Source of the DNA: Octopus bimaculoides
Lineage: Eukaryota
NCBI RefSeq assembly: GCF_001194135.2
Contig: NC_068990.1
Span: forward strand, 11,548,291 to 11,612,290
Direction of reading: 5' to 3'
DNA length: 64,000 bases
The notes under the pieces were generated by a model. That model was given only the letters and a program-made list of their open reading frames with translations, searched no databases and was not told where the DNA came from. Both the position numbers and the translations under genes were made by a program. Positions 51,101 to 64,000 of the stretch are shown one piece after another; position 1 is the stretch's first letter, and every line of letters starts with the position of its first letter.

Positions 51101-51837
51101 TTTTTTATGTTCGAGATGGCAACCATTCTCAAGCGCATTCGTGTTTGTTCAGTGAATTGGTGTACGCATGTGCTGTGCTTGTGTATTTATGCTAGTGCGT
51201 GCATGCTATGTGTATGTACGGAAACTTAGTATAGCTGAGTGTCTATCTTCAGACGTGAAATCATACTTGCGCATGCTCGGTTTGAGTATGTGTCCCGCGT
51301 GTTGAATGCGAGTGTCGCCAGGCAAGTTCCTCGATCGAGCTTGTTCGTTATTGATGCGTTTTCAGCGTTTCTGCGCGCTCGTGTGTCAATATAATCGGTG
51401 CGCATGGGTAGCAAGTATGGGTGTGAATGTGTGCGCGCGCGCATTTTGTACATGCGTGCGCAGTATTTTTGAAAGTGTGCATACGTGTTAGTTTAATATT
51501 ACATAATGTGTGCGTGCTTAGCTTTGTGTAGCTTTATAAATAGCGGATGGTAGTTTCGTGTTTGTATTTCTGTATTTACGTGGTAGTAAACCATTATTAG
51601 CAGTTTATAGTGTTGTATGCAACTTCGAGTGCACATGTGACGAGAAGTGTTTAAAGGAAATGAAAATAGGAACAAGCTTGTGGATGGTGCGAAAGTTCCA
51701 AGAAAATATATGGGTGTTTGTTCTTTTTGAAAACGAAAGATGTAATCCACTCAGCAACGTGACACATACGTATATATGAACGAGTGAATGAATGCATGCA
51801 TGTATGAATATACATACATATATACATACATACATAC

Positions 51838-51870
<33 letters not shown>

Positions 51871-52489
51871 NNNNNNNNNNNNNNNNNNNNNNNNNNNNNN
51901 NNNNNNNNNNNNNNNNNNNNNNNNNNNNNNNNNNNNNNNNNNNNNNNNNNNNNNNNNNNNNNNNNNNNNNNNNNNNNNNNNNNNNNNNNNNNNNNNNNNN
52001 NNNNNNNNNNNNNNNNNNNNNNNNNNNNNNNNNNNNNNNNNNNNNNNNNNNNNNNNNNNNNNNNNNNNNNNNNNNNNNNNNNNNNNNNNNNNNNNNNNNN
52101 NNNNNNNNNNNNNNNNNNNNNNNNNNNNNNNNNNNNNNNNNNNNNNNNNNNNNNNNNNNNNNNNNNNNNNNNNNNNNNNNNNNNNNNNNNNNNNNNNNNN
52201 NNNNNNNNNNNNNNNNNNNNNNNNNNNNNNNNNNNNNNNNNNNNNNNNNNNNNNNNNNNNNNNNNNNNNNNNNNNNNNNNNNNNNNNNNNNNNNNNNNNN
52301 NNNNNNNNNNNNNNNNNNNNNNNNNNNNNNNNNNNNNNNNNNNNNNNNNNNNNNNNNNNNNNNNNNNNNNNNNNNNNNNNNNNNNNNNNNNNNNNNNNNN
52401 NNNNNNNNNNNNNNNNNNNNNNNNNNNNNNNNNNNNNNNNNNNNNNNNNNNNNNNNNNNNNNNNNNNNNNNNNNNNNNNNNNNNNNNNN

Positions 52490-52524
<35 letters not shown>

Positions 52525-52717
52525 ATGTATATATATAAGAAGAAAACAAAGGAGGATGGTAAATGAAACGTTGAGATCAGATCTGAGAAGCTTGGAATTT
52601 GCTGCCAAGGTGTGCGTAGATCTTCGCAACACAATTCTTCAGTGGAGAATAATGACGTTAAAGCCACAATTGTAGTAAATGGATGTAGTGAGGCCAATAT
52701 TGACGCTTATATTAGCA

Positions 52718-52718
52718 G

Positions 52719-52793
<75 letters not shown>
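52718..52793. repeat. (GAT)n microsatellite
   Basis: Direct reading; gives the poly-D ORF. Confidence 0.98.
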
Positions 52794-54020
52794 CAGATGT
52801 ATAGATATAAAGAGATCAAACAGATGTTTCAATACATAGATAAATTAATACACATACATAAAGTCCTAAATATGGATGACTGAACTATTCAGATAGAAAT
52901 TCGAAGAAAAATAGACAGCGATAAGTAAAAAAAAGAAAGAAAGAAACTAAAAAGAAAGGAAAGCAAATAAAATGAGAAAAGAATAATACGGCAGTAAACT
53001 GAGAAACGTAGAGTAAGAGAAAGAAAAAAAGAAAGATTTTATAGAAGAAGAAAAAACCAATAATAAATTCATAAAAGCAGAATAAAGAAAAAAAAACGAA
53101 AGATAACGAAAGAGAAATAAGAAATGAGAAATAGTTGAGTGGACACAAAAAATAATGGAGAAGGAATAGGGATAAAAGACAAAGAAAGAAAGAAAGAAAG
53201 AAGTAGAAGAGAGACAGAGAAAGAAAGGAAAAAGAAGAGGAAAAAGAAAGAATGAAAGCGGGTGAGAGGCGGAGAGCTGAAAAATGAAAAATGGGAAGAG
53301 AAAGTAATATATTGAACTGAAAAGATAGTGGTGGCTAGATTAACAAAGAAGTTAACATATGAACTGAGAGAAGAAATTCTTACTGTCTCTTTTAGTTATG
53401 CATAACAGGTGCAGCAGCGAATTCTGGCAAATTCTATTTGACTGAAGGCATTACTAAGTCTAAAATAAAGAAACAAAAGAGAAACAGAAAAGAGAAGAAA
53501 AAAAACAAAAAAAAACACAAGTTATTCTAGCTGTCTCTTCTGAGTTGAGGCAGCAGACAATATTCACTACTTGAACTGACTTTGATTTGAGTCTCTTCAA
53601 ATGGAATTGTTTTAGTCTTAAAGTGCTTCTTGTACGACAATTTCTAGGAAATATGTTTTGTAATCGTCATTGCAGTTGTTGTTGTTGTTGTTGTTGTTGT
53701 TCTTTAACCCCAGTCAGTCGGAGAAAATTGTTTTAACCTATTATTAAAGGTATTTCAGAAATATCGTATCTAGTTTTACGTTTACCTAATGTAATCGTTT
53801 TTTAAAAGCAACAAAGAAAACGCTAGTGAGCGACTTGAGGGAGATTGAACAGATATTTCTAATAACCGTTGAGACTCTCGTTAACCTGTTTTGTTTTATC
53901 GCTGTTTGCCATGATGAAATGACCAAACTAACAGGTAAGTCTGCAGTAGACGTTTCCGTTTTTTTTATCTAGCGCAACAGTTTTCAAACTGCGTCTAGCA
54001 AGATCTGCCTAAGACCTACA

Positions 54021-54640
54021 CAGGGGTTCTCAACCATTTTCTTTTACCTAAGGATCCCTTTAATTACCATTCTGTTCTGGTGAAACCCCATAGCCATTCG
54101 ATGCTTAAAAACTAGATTTATAGAAACTTCTTTCAAAATTCCTGTTTTGCTTTTCACACATGAATCATTACTTGTATAGACAAAATCATTATATGTATAG
54201 ACAAAATCACATGTATTACATGTATAGACAAAATCACATGTGCTACATGTATAGATAAAATCACTACGTGTATGGACAAAATCACATATGTTACATGTAT
54301 TTATAAAATCACTACGTGTATAGACAAAATCACGTGTTACATGTATAGACAAAATCACATGCNNNNNNNNNNNNNNNNNNNNNNNNNNNNNNNNNNNNNN
54401 NNNNNNNNNNNNNNNNNTATGTATAGACAAAATCACATGTATTACATGTATAGACAAAATCACATGTGCTACATGTATAGATAAAATCACTACGTGTATG
54501 GACAAAATCACATATGTTACATGTATTTATAAAATCACTACGTGTATAGACAAAATCACGTGTTACATGTATAGACAAAATCACATGCATTACATGTATA
54601 GACAAAATTACATGTATTACATGTATAAACAAAATCATTT
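54021..54640 (+). mobile_element. hAT-like terminus followed by a 20/27-bp minisatellite (54172-54636)
   Basis: CAGGGGTTCTCAACC terminus typical of hAT/Charlie; unit TGTATAGACAAAATCACATGTATTACA; no partner TIR found. Confidence 0.55.
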
Positions 54641-54835
54641 GCGCATCGGAGAGAAGCCCTTGTGATATTTAGTTAGGTCTCTTTCTTTAAGTTATGAATT
54701 CTAATCCAGGCAATATTAATTTCACACTCGTTCTTCCTGGATAATAAAGTACCAATAAAAATAAAAGAGTACAAATAATGGATGATACTGAAAAGATCGA
54801 TATGTATCAATATTAAAAATCAATATTGAAATATG

Positions 54836-55400
54836 GCTTCATCGGGCAAAATGCTTAGCGACATTTCTTCCGTCTTTACGTTCTGAGCTCAAATTCCACC
54901 GAGGTTGACTTTGCCTTTCATCTTTTCGGGGTCGATAAAATAAGTACCAGATAAACTTTGGGGTCGATGTAATCGACTTACGCACTCCTCTGAAATTGCT
55001 AGCCTTGTGCCAAAAGATTTAAAACCAATATTACAATAAGACCTAAGGTGGCTAGCTGGCAGGATTTTTTAGCACGCCGGACGAAATGGTTAGTGACATT
55101 TCGTCCATCTTTTAGTTCTGAGTTCAAATTCTGCCGAGGTCAACTTTGCCTCTCATCATTTCGAGATCGATAAAATAAGTCTTTGTTGAACTTCCGGTGC
55201 GAATGCCAAGCGGTACAGCATGTCGTTTCCAAATTTTTGGCAGAGTGAATCGCGTCTTGGTGCTGTTTTTCTCACAGACGGTGCCCAACTGACCCTACTA
55301 TACTGAGTAGTCGACAGAATCAATAGCATAACAGAATAAAAACCAAAAGACTTATCGCCTCCCCGAATTTTCTGGCCTTGTGCCAAAATTAGAAATCATT
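54836..55400 (+). mobile_element. Two tandem family-A SINEs; the second is interrupted by a maT 5' fragment (~55184-55335, -)
   Basis: SINE body up to GATAAAATAAGTC, then sequence homologous to 62820-62960, then SINE tail TCTGGCCTTGTGCCAAAA. Confidence 0.85.
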
Positions 55401-55914
55401 ATTACTATACGGTCTAGTTGATCGGGTCAGACTTGAAACTAAACAGTCGCATGATTCATTAAGTGTGATCTGGGCAAAAGATCATCACTGAACATTATTA
55501 GATTGGGAAACTTTTCAGGAACTCCCAACTGCATTCTAGATTTAATTAACTCTAATTACTTTAAATTCTAGGGTTGACTTTCCTGTCATTCTTCACCAGA
55601 ATCCTTTATTTAGATAATTGCTTTTTCTCAACAATGACGGCATAAATTTAAATAATTAAAAATATTCCACTGTTTACATCAAGTATTCTAACAAACACTA
55701 TACTGCTAAAAGTTTATGATGAAGTTCGAGATGTTTGCTGTAGAAGTAAAGACGTAGGAGCTCAGAGCTGAACGTCGTATGCTAGAAGATATACTTGATA
55801 ACCTCAGCGTCCAACTCGGTATAGCATTAACGGGAATATGTTTTATTGTTTTTGTTATCGTATTTTCATGGGGGTGATAATGACGATGTCTAATATAACG
55901 ACAATAAATATATA

Positions 55915-56810
55915 CAGGGTGCGGTGAATAAATTGTCGTCTAAATTACGCAAAATTGTAAAAAAAAACCGCTGACGTCTCATTTTAGCAGATATATTTAC
56001 CAGCACTTCATAAAAATATCTTGAAATAATAAAGAATAAATTTATTCAATAAACTCGCCATTGGCTTCAACTACGATCTCCAGACAACCTCGGAATCTCC
56101 TGCAACTCTTCTGAATGGTCTCTTTGTTTAAGTTGCTGAATGCTGCCATAATCCTTGCCTAGTGTTACAAGGAATTTTGTTGGTCTCTCGCTCAACTGCG
56201 CCCCACACATAATAATCAAGGGGGTTGCAGTCTGGAGACTTAGGTGGCCAAATGCTAGGGGTGATGTGGTCGCAGAAATTGTCTGTTAGCCACGACTGGG
56301 TTCTCCTGCTTGTGTGGCATGGTACAGAGTCCTGTTGCCAGACATAGGGCCTCCCAGCAACCACCCACTTGACCCAGGGCAGCCCTACCTCCTCCAGGCA
56401 CTTGATGTAGGCTACCGTGTTGAGTCTGAAGCCGTGTGGGAAGATGAATGGGGGGTGTAACGTCACTATCACTATTGATCACTCCAAACACCATGATGTT
56501 GACTGGATGGTTGATTTTTATCACTCTCAGTACATGTTTTGGGGGATACTGCAAGCCAATGGTTGTTCTGTGTGTTCACCATCTGATCCTGACAGAAATG
56601 TTTCTCGTCTGAGGAAAACCAAAGCATGCTCGGTTGGAAGAGATGCTTGAGTTTGTTCAAAAACTTCGTAGAGCAGTCTTTCCACTTGTCCTTGATGGCT
56701 TGGAGAAAAAATTGGCCCTTTGTCATCTCGCATGACGAATACCCAATGTCTTCATGCACAACCTACTTGAGAAGAAACTCAGACACTCCTGCATCCCTGG
56801 CAAATTTAAA
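55915..56810 (-). mobile_element. 5'-truncated maT (DD37D) transposon; transposase pseudogene
   Basis: TIR TA|CAGGGTGCGGTGAATAAATTGTCG; WFSSDEKHF..; WQQD-(37 aa)-D in QQDSVPCH..IWPPKSPDCNPLDYYVWG; frameshifts. Confidence 0.9.
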
Positions 56811-56911
56811 AAGGTGATCGAAATGAATAATAAACCATAAAAATATACATAAGAATATTTCTGTTTACACTAATATCAAGTGGCATAGCATGCATTAAAT
56901 GGGGAAAAATT

Positions 56912-57071
56912 ATTAATTGATAATTAAGGATGCTACAAATAGCTCCAGCACGTTAAAAATAGCAGTCAGTAGGCCAATTAATGCATATCAGTGAAAATTT
57001 GTGGTTGTAGTCGCCTTCTGACTGCTATCTTTAGCGTGCTGGTGCTATTTGTAGCACTCTTAATCATTAAT
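56912..57071. repeat. Inverted repeat with ~60-bp arms and 38-nt spacer (MITE-like)
   Basis: TGCTACAAATAGCTCCAGCACGTTAAAAATAGCAGTCAGTAGGC vs reverse complement TGCTACAAATAGCACCAGCACGCTAAAGATAGCAGTCAGAAGGC. Confidence 0.85.
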
Positions 57072-57564
57072 ATATGTGTGTGTGCTTGTGTGTGTGTGTG
57101 TACATATACATACATGAACACACACACACACATACACACTCACATGTGAATGTATGTATATATGTGTGCACGCATGCATGTACGTAAGTGTGTATGTCTA
57201 TATGTATTTCTACGTAACTTATTGGATCTTTCAACGGTTATTATTCGGAGATTCCTAAGCGCGAAACCACATGTCTAATCGATTCAATGCCCGATTTATA
57301 GTGAACATGTGATCGATAACCTACTTGCTCCTAAACCGATAAATACAAAAAAGAAATGACCCTATAAGTCATCAACTGTCCCTATAAGCTCTACATATTG
57401 AATGAAATGCATTTTGCTTTTACATATTACTCAAATATACGTTCGCACACATGCAGACACATATGCATGCGTACACATACATACATAAATACATACATCG
57501 ATAGACGTATACATACGTATATATATGTACACACACACATATATGTATTATGATGTATGCATTA

Positions 57565-57662
<98 letters not shown>

Positions 57663-57715
57663 GTACGTACGTATGAATGTATGTATGTATGTATGTATTT
57701 ATGTATGTATTTGTA

Positions 57716-58614
57716 CGAGGGTAATCCCAAAAGTAAGGTCTCCAAAGCGCTGGGGATGCAGGGAAACTGTGCGTGAGGCTATTGGCAACACTTATGTCTG
57801 TTGTGCATGTGCCTGCGCCTGCGCCTGACCCTGCGCACGCCTCGCTGCCATGCTCAGTCTTGGCTTGGCAGTCGTATCTGATGGAGCTCCCGATCGACGC
57901 TGCCGGAAAGTATGTGGTTCGCGCAGTTATCCGGCTTTTGAACACAAAAGGCATTAAACCGATTGAAATTCATCGCCAATTAACGGAAGTGTATGGTGAT
58001 TCGTGCATGGATGTCAAAAACGTCCGCAAGTGAAGCAGGGAGTTTGCAGCTGGTCGTACTGAAATTCATGACGAAGAGAAAAGCAGACGACCATCAATTT
58101 CGGACGAGACAGTCGCGAAAGTTGAGCAAATCCTGCGTGAAAATCGGCGGATCACTCTGGATGATCTCCACATTTTGGATCCTGAGGTTTCTCGGAGCAC
58201 CATTCATAGGGTTTTGAGTGAAAAGTTGCAATATCGGAAGGTGTGCGCAAGATGGGTGCAACGAATGCTCACAGAAGACCATAAACGGTAACCCACCTTA
58301 AAAGTCCGGACTTGGCACCCAGTTACTACCACCTGTTCCCTAAATGAAAGAACATTTGGCCGGAACGAGCTTCAGCAACGACGACGAAGTGAAAGATGAG
58401 GTTCAACGCTTCCTCAACGACATGGCGATGAGCTGGTATAACATGGGCATACAAAAACTGCCTCTGCGCCTATGAAAATGCATTGACCAAAATAGCGATT
58501 ATGTAGAAAAATAAATAAACGTTCAAACTTTAAAATGATCTAAACATCATTGACTATAAATGTTTCTGTGATTTCTAAATATTTTTGGAGACCTTACTTT
58601 TGGGATTACTCTCG
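57716..58614 (+). mobile_element. Internally deleted mariner (DD34D type), 899 bp
   Basis: TIRs TA|CGAGGGTAATCCCAAAAGTAAGGTCTCCAA and TTGGAGACCTTACTTTTGGGATTACTCTCG; transposase remnants RAVIRLL..EIHRQLTEVYG..NRRITL..YRKVCARWV..SPDLAPSYYHLF. Confidence 0.95.
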
Positions 58615-59260
58615 TGTATGTATATGTATATACGTGTTTGTGTGTACATACCTGTAGACTCTCACAACGTACCTACACACACACTCACATATGTATATAT
58701 GCAGACATACATATTTATACAGGTACGTATGCGCGTACGTTTAAGGAATGAGCACAAACGATAAGAACAAAAAACGTTCAAAACGTACAAAATAAAGCAG
58801 AAGTAAGCCCTTATCAACTGTCTCACTATAGATTATAGCAGTTTCGACACCTTTTATAAAACTACATTCCCTACGGGTGAGAACAACAGCTGGATACAAT
58901 TGCAAGGCAATAGATACAGTGGAGAAGAGCTACAAAACAGGAAAAACTACAGCGACACAGATGGAAGAATCTCAAGAATAAAAAATGAGTGTATTGTGAA
59001 GGCCTAACAATTAGAACCGTAAAAATTAAAGCGTCGGTCTCATTTGAGTAATATATAATGATAAAGCTGAAAATTTATAAATCTAGTATTCCTTTTGGCG
59101 TGAAGTTTTCTGTTCGCGGTGATCAAGGTTGAAGACTTGCATTAGCCCTACTGTGTGAGATTTTGGGACCAAACTCACACGAACACACACACGCGTACAC
59201 ACACATGCACTTCATGCACGCAGACATATATCATATATCCATATACATAAGTTTCGTGTG

Positions 59261-59294
<34 letters not shown>

Positions 59295-59648
59295 CNNNNN
59301 NNNNNNNNNNNNNNNNNNNNNNNNNNNNNNNNNNNNNNNNNNNNNNNNNNNNNNNNNNNNNNNNNNNNNNNNNNNNNNNNNNNNNNNNNNNNNNNNNNNN
59401 NNNNNNNNNNNNNNNNNNNNNNNNNNNNNNNNNNNNNNNNNNNNNNNNNNNNNNNNNNNNNNNNNNNNNNNNNNNNNNNNNNNNNNNNNNNNNNNNNNNN
59501 NNNNNTGAGGGTAATAAATTGAATAATTAAATTTGATTATCGTCAATTTAAAAACAATGGTCCAGCATATAAAATATCTGAAAATTCAGAAAAATTCAGA
59601 AATTTATACATATATATATATATATATATATACGCTATATATATATAG

Positions 59649-59681
<33 letters not shown>

Positions 59682-59707
59682 CGTGTGCTTGTGCGCGCGT
59701 GTGTGTA

Positions 59708-59905
59708 TGGGTCTCAAATTCAGGCAGAAGATCAGTGATTTTGGAGGAGTGATAAATCGATTACATTGACCTCAGTAGTCTACTGGTACTTATTTTATCG
59801 ACTCCGAAAGGATGAAAAGCGGTGTCGCCCCCAGCGGCATTTGAACGCAAAAAGCAAAGTCGAAAGAAATGCCGCTAAGCATTTTTATCCGGCGCTGTAA
59901 CGACT
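59708..59905 (-). mobile_element. Family-A SINE
   Basis: CTGGTACTTATTTTATCGAC..AAAGGATGAAA body on minus strand. Confidence 0.8.
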
Positions 59906-60794
59906 CTGCTTGCTCGCCCCCTTCAGTTTTCATTCATAAATTACTGGAGAGAGAGAGAGAGAGTAGGGTTTTGAAAGAGTTTATATACGAAGTCATAATC
60001 TTAATATATATTTAGTCCTTCTGTGAAATTAGTCCTGATCGTTAAACCACAGATCTTTTTAGCACCGTGAAATAGTAGCGAATTCACTCGTTTCGTTTTC
60101 TCACAAAACATCGTGATTCACTTTCCTCCCCCGCCTTTCAACGATAACTGCAGAATGCTACTTATCTAATTTTACGACGAAGTGGCGGAGTGAAACGGCA
60201 GCCTTGAATAAATTTCACAGACACACACACACACACACACACGTATCCATATATGGATATATATGTGTGCGTGTATGAGTGTTTGTATGTATATCGTATC
60301 CATTATTATAGATTGTATAATAAAATATAATATATGGCACAAAGCCATATATAGTATGAGAGAGTTAAATAGATGCATCTCATCTACTTAAAGCCACTGA
60401 AGTCGAAGTTAAAGTATCAGCTTTATGAGTTTTGTTTGGTTTATGGTCTCACATTTCCTTATCATATAGGAATTATCAATATTTATTGAGTTCACTGAAC
60501 CTTACTTGAAATTATACGCAACTTCGACGGAAAATACAACATAGATGTGTGTATACGTATAAGATAGTGAAGACGGGTTTACATCTATGTGATTAAAAAG
60601 TTAACTTTACAGTTATGTACTCTAAATTTCAGTACCACCTAGTGGTACTTTACTCAAGTGTCTTTCACGATAGTCTCGGATTGCTCAAAGACTTTTAGTG
60701 GAATTCTATGAAAGGAAATTGTATGGATGCTCCAGCTGAAGAGGTCCTTCTTGTTACACACTGCATCACTCTTTTTCTCAATCTCTCTTTCTCT

Positions 60795-60849
<55 letters not shown>

Positions 60850-62134
60850 CACTTCTATTGTCCTGTTTATTCCTTTTCAGAATTTCTCTCTCTTTCTGAT
60901 CCTTCTTCACACACCCCTCTCACAATATTTATCATACTCTCTGCCCCTACGTAAATTTCATCGATATTTTCTTTTTTTCTTAACCCTCTTTATCTTATCC
61001 AGTGCTGTATTACGACACACAAAGGCCCAAAGCTCTTAAAAGATTCTCGTACTCCTATAAATAGGTAATTCGAAATATAAACTACAATAAGCCATCAAAT
61101 AATGATTTTTATTTTTCAAAATGAGACAAAACCAAGATTAAGATGGAAATAAAAGTGTTTATTTTTCTCTACTTCCACTTTATATTTAAAAAAGTGTTTT
61201 CTCCTACTTTTGTAATTACAAAGTCTTTGATAAGATCATCACTATGACACCATGAACACTTCGAATATTATTTTAGCCTGTTTAATGTGATTTCTTTTGT
61301 GCCGTAAGCTATTTACCGTTTCTCTGGCCCCCCCTTCCCGTGAGAGTAACAAGCTATCCAGATATTTCAGCCAATTTAACGGTGTCTCTGACACATATAG
61401 GCATGGTTCTGCTGCACGTTTTACACCTATTATATAGACTAACGTCTTTAAAGAAAAGAAGTGATAATCAAACGATCATGATATTGGCCCATGTTATTTT
61501 CTATGAATTCGACAATAAAAGCATCCTTCTCTTCGTTTGCTTTAGCTATTATACAAAGTAAAAAGCAGCTATTAATGATAAAATATCATGGAATGACTAA
61601 TAAAGCGAAATCTGAATATTTGATTAACACCAAGTGCCATGTACAATGTGCAGATTTAAAATTATACATACACAAATGGGTGTATTTATATAAAGAATGT
61701 GTGTATGTGTGTGCTGCGCGCGTGTGTGTGTTTAAGTATATATANNNNNNNNNNNNNNNNNNNNNNNNNNNNNNNNNNNNNNNNNNNNNNNNNNNNNNNN
61801 NNNNNNNNNNNNNNNNNNNNNNNNNNNNNNNNNNNNNNNNNNNNNNNNNNNNNNNNNNNNNNNNNNNNNNNNNNNNNNATAGGTGAGAAAGTTGGTATGT
61901 GAAAGCACGTGGTTGGATGTATAAAAGATAATAAGAGTGAAAAAACTACAGAAGGCTTGTGTTACATGGTTAAAGTATATATTTAAATTATGTCAGAAAA
62001 ATGTTATAAAAATGTTATAAAATCTTTTTGGTATATAAACATTGTATTTTGAGAAATAACCAGTTTCGTGTTGTCTTTTCAAATTTCTCTACTTCATTGT
62101 AATGTGTTCGCAATTACATACATACATACATGTA

Positions 62135-63027
62135 CAGGGTTCGGTAAATAAACCGTCGTCTAAATTACGCAAAAATGAAAATAACACTGACTTCTCATTT
62201 TAACAGATATGTTTACCAAAATTACATAAAAATATGTTGAAATACTAAAGAGTAAATTTATTCAATGATATCGCCATTGGTTTCAACCACGACCTCCAAA
62301 CGATTTCGGAATCTCCTGCAACTCTTCTGGATGGTCTCCTTGTTTAAGTTGGTGAATACTTTCATAATCCTTGCCTTCAGTTCATATGTGGCGTTACAAG
62401 GAGTTTTGTTGGTCTCTTGCTCAACTGTGCCCCACACATAATAATCAAGGGGGTCTCAGTCTGGAGACTTAGGTGACCAGATGTTAGGGGTGATGTGGTC
62501 GCAGAAATTGTCCCTCAGCCACGACTGGGTTCTCCTGCCTGTGTGGCGTGGTGCAGAGTCCTGTTGCCAGACATAGGGCCTCCCAGCAACCACCCACTTG
62601 ACCCAGGACAGCCCTACCTCCTCCAGGCACTTGATGTAGACCTCCGTGTTGAGTCTGAAGCCGTGTGGGAAATTGAATGGAGGCATATCGTTACCATCAC
62701 TAGTGATCATTCAAAATATCATGGTGTTTACTGGATGTTTGATTTTTAGCACTCTCGGTACATGACCTCAGATTGCACTGTCCTGAGATCGACACCCAAA
62801 CACTCTAAAATGTTCGTATCGGAGCTTCCGGCGCAATTGCCAAGCGGTACTAAACCATGTCTTTTCCAAAATTCTGGCAGGATGAATTGAGTCATAATGC
62901 TGCTTTTTCTCACAGACAGTGCCCAACTGACCCTATCGTATTGTGTAGTTGACAAAATCAAAAACAAAGAATGCGCATGCGCGAAATTATAAATATGAAA
63001 TGGTGACAATTTACCCGTCGCACCAGG
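62135..63027 (-). mobile_element. Internally deleted maT (DD37D) element with both TIRs
   Basis: TA|CAGGGTTCGGTAAATAAACCGTCG and GACAATTTACCCGTCGCACCAGG|TA; N-term MTQFILPEFWKRHG..NILECLGVDLRTVQ fused to C-term WQQDSAPRH..IWSPKSPD. Confidence 0.9.
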
Positions 63028-63544
63028 TATATGTATATGTATGTATCTATGTATCGAACTATATATATATGTGTAGGGGTATGTGTGTGTATGTGTGTGT
63101 GTACGTACGTATGTATGTATGTATGTATGCATGTATGCATGTATGTATGTATGTATGTATATATGTATGTAGTGAAATGGTAAAGCCTTAGAACGTCGTC
63201 TAGAATATCATGTGATATTTATTGTAAATCCATGCACTCTTTGCTCAAATGTCTCTGACCAACTTGTTTATTCTTTCACAGTCGACAAATATAGTAATAG
63301 AGACGATTACGATTCAAACTCCTCTCTCTCTATCTCTATCTCTCTCTCCCCCTCTCTCTTTCTCTCTCTCTCTCTCTCTTTCAGTCAGATGTACTGTTAG
63401 AAGAAGATATTGGTATTCAACTCACAAATTTCCATTCTCCAAAGGAGAACAGTTTTTTACAAGGAGCAAGCAACCACTTCCTATGAAAATTGATATTCTG
63501 ACCTATGTGACAGAATTGAAGAGTATTTATTGGTTTCATATTTT

Positions 63545-63985
63545 ACATAAGGTCAACAAATTCGGAGGAGTGGGTAATTCTATTATATTTACCCCAGTGA
63601 CCAACTGGCACTTATTTTATCGACCCCGAAAAGATGAAAGGTAAAGTCGACTCCGGTGGAATTTGAACTCAGAACGTCTTTAAGACGGGCGAAACGACAC
63701 TAAGCGTTTTGCCCGGCGTGCTAACGATTCTGCTAGATCACCGCCTTGAAGAAAAAAAATATATATATATTGGTTTGAAATTTTGGCACAAAGCCAGAAA
63801 TTTTGGGAAGAGGATAAGTCGATTACATCGACCCTAATATCCATTTGGTATTTATTTTATCGATTCTGAAAGGATAAAAGCGGAGCCGACCTCGGCGGAA
63901 TTTGGACTCACAACGTGAAGACGGACAAAATACCGGTCACCATTTTTGGCTGGTATACTAAGGATTCTTCCGAGTCACCGCCCAG
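63545..63985 (-). mobile_element. Two tandem family-A SINEs
   Basis: Family-A body and tail on minus strand at ~63545-63748 and ~63775-63985. Confidence 0.9.
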
Positions 63986-64000
63986 AAGAATACATACATA

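Noticed and set aside
52612-52839. ORF with a poly-Asp tract
   Set aside because: Poly-D is a (GAT)n microsatellite; flanks show no domain or splice support
54192-54588. Apparent 171-bp higher-order repeat in the minisatellite
   Set aside because: The blocks either side of the N-gap (54192-54362 and 54418-54588) are identical, most simply an unmerged contig overlap; long reads would decide

Overview
AT-rich animal genomic DNA from a gapped short-read-style assembly (10 N-runs, most flanked by (TA)n). The abundant tRNA-derived SINE families look like those of Octopus (inferred from sequence recall, not a database search). There is no intact long ORF. Almost all ORFs in the track are microsatellite read-throughs (HT/YI/VC/LS repeats), N-gap artefacts or antisense frames of repeats. 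The window is intronic/intergenic DNA made of SINEs (at least 4 families), decayed Tc1/mariner-superfamily elements (mariner DD34D, maT DD37D, pogo-like and MADE-like MITEs), RTE LINE fragments, mini- and microsatellites, and several decayed Penelope-like retroelements (PLEs). The most notable signals are: (1) hammerhead-ribozyme motifs of several sequence types, one almost intact (41330-41405) and followed by an intron and PLE ORF remnants, and another overlapping a 5' splice site; (2) a 571-bp imperfect palindrome (10037-10607); (3) a twin-priming-type inverted RTE insertion; (4) a pre-miRNA-like hairpin. A few candidate exons of an unidentified gene are listed at low confidence. Repeat boundaries were read by eye and are approximate (about ±20 bp) unless TIRs or TSDs are quoted.
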